A program made the position numbers and the translations under genes. The notes below the pieces were generated by a model. That model worked only from the letters and a program-made list of their open reading frames with translations. It searched no databases and had not been told where the DNA came from. A DNA stretch of 5,177 bases from a virus (lineage: Duplodnaviria; Heunggongvirae; Uroviricota; Caudoviricetes). This document shows, one piece after another, positions 1-5,177 of this stretch. How positions within the stretch are numbered: position 1 is the first letter of the stretch; each line of letters begins with the position of its first letter. The stretch covers positions 1-5,177 of IMG/VR virus record IMGVR_UViG_2695420687_000007, one strand, 5' to 3'.

Positions 1-45
1 ACCTATTGCCGATAAACGCTGGACTCACGAGCAAAAAGAGCGTCT

Positions 46-1599
<1,554 letters not shown>

Positions 1600-1609
1600 G
1601 TGAGGAATA

Positions 1610-3562
1610 ATGAGCACAAAATTCAAAACCGTTATCACCACTGCCGGTGCAGCAAAGCTGGCAGCGGCAACCGCGCCGGGAGGGCGGAAGGTCAACATTA
1701 CCACGATGGCCGTCGGGGATGGTGGTGGTAAATTGCCTGTCCCGGATGCCGGACAGACAAAACTTGTTAATGAGGTCTGGCGACATACCCTGAATAAAAT
1801 CAGTCAGGACAATCGACACAGTAATTATATTATCGCAGAGCTGGTTATTCCGCCGGAGGTGGGCGGTTTCTGGATGCGTGAGCTTGGCCTGTACGATGAT
1901 GCGGGAACGTTAATTGCCGTGGCGAACATGGCCGAAAGTTATAAGCCAGCCCTTGCCGAAGGCTCAGGGCGTTCGCAGACCTGCCGCATGGTCATCATCG
2001 TCAGCAGTGTGGCCTCAGTGGCGCTGACCATTGACACCACAACGGTGATGGCGACGCAGGATTACGTTGACGACAAAATTGCAGAGCACGAACAGTCGCG
2101 ACGTCACCCGGACGCCTCGCTGACCGCAAAAGGTTTTACTCAGTTAAGCAGTGCGACCAACAGTACGTCTGAAACACTGGCCGCAACGCCAAAAGCTGTT
2201 AAGGCGGTAATGGATGAAACGAACAAGAAAGCGCCGCTGTCGAGTCCGGCACTCACCGGAACGCCAACCGCACCAACTGCGCCAAAGGGCACTAACAATA
2301 CTCAGATAGCAAACACGGCGTTCGTTATGGCCGCGATTGCCGCACTTGTAGACTCATCACCTGACGCACTGAATACGCTGAACGAGCTGGCTGCGGCACT
2401 GGGCAATGACCCGAACTTTGCGACCACTATGACCAACGCGCTTGCGGGCAAGCAGCCGAAAGATGCCACCCTGACGGCGCTGGCCGGGCTTGCTACTGCG
2501 GCAGACAGGTTTCCGTATTTTACGGGGAATGACACCGCCAGCCTGGCAACTCTGACAAAAGTTGGGCGAGATATTCTGGCTAAAGCGACCGTTGCCGCCG
2601 TTATCGAATACCTCGGTTTGCAGGAAACGGTAGAGTTAGCGGCAGGGGCGGTACCAGCAACACGCAAAGTAAATGGGCGTGCGTTAACCAGTGATATAAA
2701 TGTTACTTCGCAGGATATTTTTAATGGGCAGAGCATTTCTATTGGTGCTAATCAAAACTTAAATGATTATATGACTCCTGGTCTGTATCATCAGTCGCTC
2801 AACGCTAATACAAGCTCTGCGTTAAACTACCCGGAGAATAACGCCGGAAATTTAATTGTGTTAAAAAATGCTGGCGTAAAACAAATTTATCATGTGTATA
2901 ACTCCTCAAGAGTGTGGTCACGTAGCAAATATTCATCAGAACCATGGACACCGTGGGCACGAGAATATAATTCACAAAGCAAACCGACCCCGGCAGAGCT
3001 CGCAGTGTTGGCATTAGCTGGCGGTAGCATGTCAGGGAGTATTAAATTTATAAATGATGCCTTCCTGATTTGGGAAAGAAACACCGACTGGGCGAAAATC
3101 GGATTTAAAAATGATTCAGATTCCGATACTGACTCATACCTGTGGTTTGAAACTGGTGATAATGGCAATGAATATTTCAAATGGCGTACCAGGGTTGGAA
3201 GCGCAACAAAAGACTTAATGTTTTTGAAGTCTGATGCGCTCAGAGTCACAGGTCAGGTGATACCAGCTAATTATGGTAATTTTGATTCACGTTATCAGGC
3301 TAAAAATACCGCGTCCAAAGCGGCGAATGGCTGGCATAAAGATGCCTCTACAGGAATTATTACGCAGTGGGGGTATATTTCTAATGCTGGAGCAGGTTTA
3401 ACATTTCCAGTGGCTTTTCCCTCTGCCTGCGCAAGCATAACAATCACTAACGCACACGGGCGATTTGACTACAGTATTGCTGTTAACTCACTATCCAGAA
3501 CCGGGGCAAAATTTAACAGTGAAGGTAATGGCAATATGTACTGGACAGCTATAGGTTACTAA
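1610..3562 (+). CDS. H: Phage tail fibre protein (P2 gpH-like), conserved N-terminal baseplate-attachment half and divergent C-terminal receptor-binding half
   Basis: 650 aa ORF. The first ~350 residues ([24 protein letters not shown]...[24 protein letters not shown]...AAVIEYLGL) closely match remembered P2 gpH. RBS-like gagga at 1602..1606. The distal portion contains an [36 protein letters not shown] block and a C-terminus ending ...NMYWTAIGY. Stop TAA 3560..3562. Confidence 0.9.
   Translation: MSTKFKTVITTAGAAKLAAATAPGGRKVNITTMAVGDGGGKLPVPDAGQTKLVNEVWRHTLNKISQDNRHSNYIIAELVIPPEVGGFWMRELGLYDDAGTLIAVANMAESYKPALAEGSGRSQTCRMVIIVSSVASVALTIDTTTVMATQDYVDDKIAEHEQSRRHPDASLTAKGFTQLSSATNSTSETLAATPKAVKAVMDETNKKAPLSSPALTGTPTAPTAPKGTNNTQIANTAFVMAAIAALVDSSPDALNTLNELAAALGNDPNFATTMTNALAGKQPKDATLTALAGLATAADRFPYFTGNDTASLATLTKVGRDILAKATVAAVIEYLGLQETVELAAGAVPATRKVNGRALTSDINVTSQDIFNGQSISIGANQNLNDYMTPGLYHQSLNANTSSALNYPENNAGNLIVLKNAGVKQIYHVYNSSRVWSRSKYSSEPWTPWAREYNSQSKPTPAELAVLALAGGSMSGSIKFINDAFLIWERNTDWAKIGFKNDSDSDTDSYLWFETGDNGNEYFKWRTRVGSATKDLMFLKSDALRVTGQVIPANYGNFDSRYQAKNTASKAANGWHKDASTGIITQWGYISNAGAGLTFPVAFPSACASITITNAHGRFDYSIAVNSLSRTGAKFNSEGNGNMYWTAIGY
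3020..3031 (+). promoter_or_regulatory. ops-like 12-mer GGCGGTAGCATG (matches RfaH recruitment consensus GGCGGTAGnnTG) on the H coding strand; function unproven
   Basis: Exact string at 3020..3031, in frame as codons GGC GGT AGC ATG (G G S M). The consensus is from my memory of the ops literature. It lies inside a coding region, not a 5' leader, so may be fortuitous. Confidence 0.15.
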
Positions 3563-3563
3563 T

Positions 3564-3977
3564 ATGACGATTTATTACAGCCCATCAACGAAAGGTTTTT
3601 ACGACGATAAATTAAAAAACGACTACCAGAATAATGACTCATGGCCAGAAGACCTTACTGAAATATCAGAGCGATGGTATAACTATCTTTTGCAAAAGCA
3701 GTCAGAAGGAAAAACTATTAATATCAATGAATATGGTCAGCCAGTAGTTACAGAACCAGAGCTGCCAACTCAGGAAGAGTTAACAGGACAAGCAGAGAGA
3801 CAAAAATCTAAGCTTCTGACAGAAGCGGAGTCTGTCATATTGCCACTGGAGCGCGCTGTCAGGCTGAATATGGCAACAGATGAGGAGCGCAGCCGACTGG
3901 AAGCATGGGAACGCTACAGCGTTCTGGTCAGTCGTGTGGATACAGCAAATCCCGAATGGCTGGAAATACCGCAATAA
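3564..3977 (+). CDS. Tail fibre assembly chaperone (Tfa; P2 gpG / lambda Tfa family), short form
   Basis: 137 aa ORF starting 1 bp after the H stop. C-terminus ...[31 protein letters not shown] fits the conserved C-terminal pattern of Tfa chaperones. Position immediately after the fibre gene matches P2 H-G and Mu S-U synteny. N-terminal part is divergent and AT-rich. Confidence 0.8.
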   Translation: MTIYYSPSTKGFYDDKLKNDYQNNDSWPEDLTEISERWYNYLLQKQSEGKTININEYGQPVVTEPELPTQEELTGQAERQKSKLLTEAESVILPLERAVRLNMATDEERSRLEAWERYSVLVSRVDTANPEWLEIPQ

Positions 3978-3981
3978 ATAC

Positions 3982-4009
3982 AGGCGGGCTTATTGCCCGC
4001 CTTTTCTTT
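3982..4009 (+). terminator. Rho-independent terminator after the tail-fibre operon
   Basis: Stem aggcgggc (3982..3989) pairs perfectly with gcccgcct (3995..4002) around loop ttatt, followed by the T-rich run ttttcttt. It sits 5 bp after the tfa stop. Confidence 0.75.
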
Positions 4010-4109
4010 ACCGGTGGTTGTGCTGTCGATTAGCCAACCGGGACAAATAGCCTGACATCTCCGGCACAACTGAAAATAGCACTCACCCATTAACCACGGA
4101 GTTAAACGG

Positions 4110-5087
4110 ATGAGTGACTATCATCACGGCGTGCAGGTGCTGGAGATTAACGACGGCACCCGCGTCATTTCCACCGTATCAACCGCCATTGTCGGCATGC
4201 TCTGCACGGCCAGCGATGCGGATTCGGAAACCTTCCCCGTCAATAAACCGGTGCTGATCACCAATGTGCAGAGCGCGATTGCAAAGGCCGGTAAAAAAGG
4301 CACGCTGGCGGCGTCGTTGCAGGCCATCGCTGACCAGTCAAAACCGGTCACCGTTGTCGTGCGTGTGGAAGACGGCACCGGCGACGACGAAGAAACGAAA
4401 CTTGCACAGACCGTTTCCAATATCATCGGCACCACCGACGAAAACGGTCAGTACACCGGACTGAAAGCCCTGATGGGCGCTGAGTCGGTTACCGGCGTTA
4501 AACCGCGCATTCTCGGCGTGCCGGGACTGGATACCAAAGAGGTGGCTGTCGCACTGGCATCGGTATGCCAGGAACTGAATGCATTCGGGTATATCAGCGC
4601 ATGGGGCTGTAAAACCATTTCCGAGGTGAAAGCCTACCGCCAGAATTTCAGCCAGCGTGAGCTGATGGTCATCTGGCCGGATTTCCTCGCATGGGATACG
4701 GTCACCAGTGCCACCGCCACCGCGTATGCCACCGCCCGTGCGCTGGGCCTGCGCGCTAAAATCGACCAGGAGCAGGGCTGGCATAAAACACTGTCCAACG
4801 TCGGGGTAAACGGTGTTACCGGCATCAGTGCGTCCGTATTCTGGGATTTGCAGAAGCCAGGCACCGATGCTGACCTGCTGAACGAGGCAGGCGTCACAAC
4901 GCTGATTCGCCGCGACGGTTTCCGTTTCTGGGGTAACCGTACCTGCTCCGATGACCCGCTGTTCCTCTTTGAAAGCTACACCCGTACCGCGCAGGTACTG
5001 GCCGACACGATGGCTGAGGCGCACATGTGGGCTATTGATAAGCCAATTACCGCAACGCTGATTCGCGACATCATTGACGGCATTAAT
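4110..5087 (+). CDS. FI: Contractile tail sheath protein (P2 gpFI-like), 3'-truncated at about codon 326
   Basis: Not in the ORF track because no stop occurs before the window end. ATG at 4110..4112 with GGAG at 4097..4100. My translation ([30 protein letters not shown]...[56 protein letters not shown]) is near-identical to remembered P2 FI (about 396 aa) up to the GIN codons ending at 5087. Confidence 0.88.
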
Positions 5088-5177
5088 TTTGAGGAAGTCG
5101 CGGCACTGCCTGGCGTCGGACGCTCCACCGCAGGCGCTATCCTCTCACTTTCTCTGGGTAAGCACTTTCCGATTCTC
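5088..5177 (+). CDS. mutY: Internal fragment of adenine DNA glycosylase MutY (helix-hairpin-helix motif region), fused in-frame to the truncated sheath gene
   Basis: Same frame as FI translates [30 protein letters not shown], which matches remembered E. coli MutY around residues 110-140 (..[43 protein letters not shown]..). LPGVGxxTA is the HhH DNA-glycosylase signature and has no place in a tail sheath. Confidence 0.75.

Noticed and set aside
2302-2736. 144-aa minus-strand ORF antisense to tail fibre H (also 2805..3014, 2890..3249, 1516..1704 and 1580..1819 minus)
   Set aside because: Wholly contained in, or overlapping, the H coding frame on the opposite strand. Ala/Ser-rich mirror of an Ala/Thr-rich fibre shaft, with no motif or start context to support it.
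4634-4641. Second GGCGGTAG ops core on the minus strand
   Set aside because: The extended 12-mer reads GGCGGTAGGCTT, lacking the conserved TG at positions 11-12. It is antisense within the sheath gene, and one or two chance 8-mer hits are roughly expected in this much sequence.
4338-5024. 228-aa minus-strand ORF (and 4124..4435, 4634..4897) inside the sheath gene
   Set aside because: Antisense to a strongly supported, near-P2-identical sheath coding frame. Gly/Ala/Arg-rich low-complexity translation typical of spurious ORFs on the opposite strand of a GC-rich gene.

Overview
This window is a composite of Escherichia-type chromosome and a P2-like phage tail fragment, with abrupt junctions that are its most unusual property; I do not see a novel defence or accessory system. 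All homology calls are from my memory of E. coli K-12 and phage P2 proteins, not from a search. Layout: (i) tatD (46..828, +) converging on rfaH (825..1313, -), the native E. coli arrangement; (ii) about 200 bp of rfaH upstream DNA; (iii) from about nt 1520 a P2-like late-gene block with no integrase, att site or upstream baseplate genes: the last 25 codons of an upstream gene, tail fibre H (1610..3562), a short tail-fibre assembly chaperone (3564..3977), a rho-independent terminator, and tail sheath FI from 4110; (iv) at 5087/5088 the sheath frame runs in-frame into 90 bp encoding the helix-hairpin-helix motif of adenine glycosylase MutY, a gene not normally linked to either neighbour. The first ~87 bp also fail to match the expected TatD N-terminus. 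These junctions could be real rearrangements, misassembly or an artificial construct; the sequence alone cannot decide. Inside the phage block, the distal half of H plus the chaperone form a visibly AT-richer module, typical of a swapped host-range cassette. No tRNA, rRNA, CRISPR array or IS element was seen.
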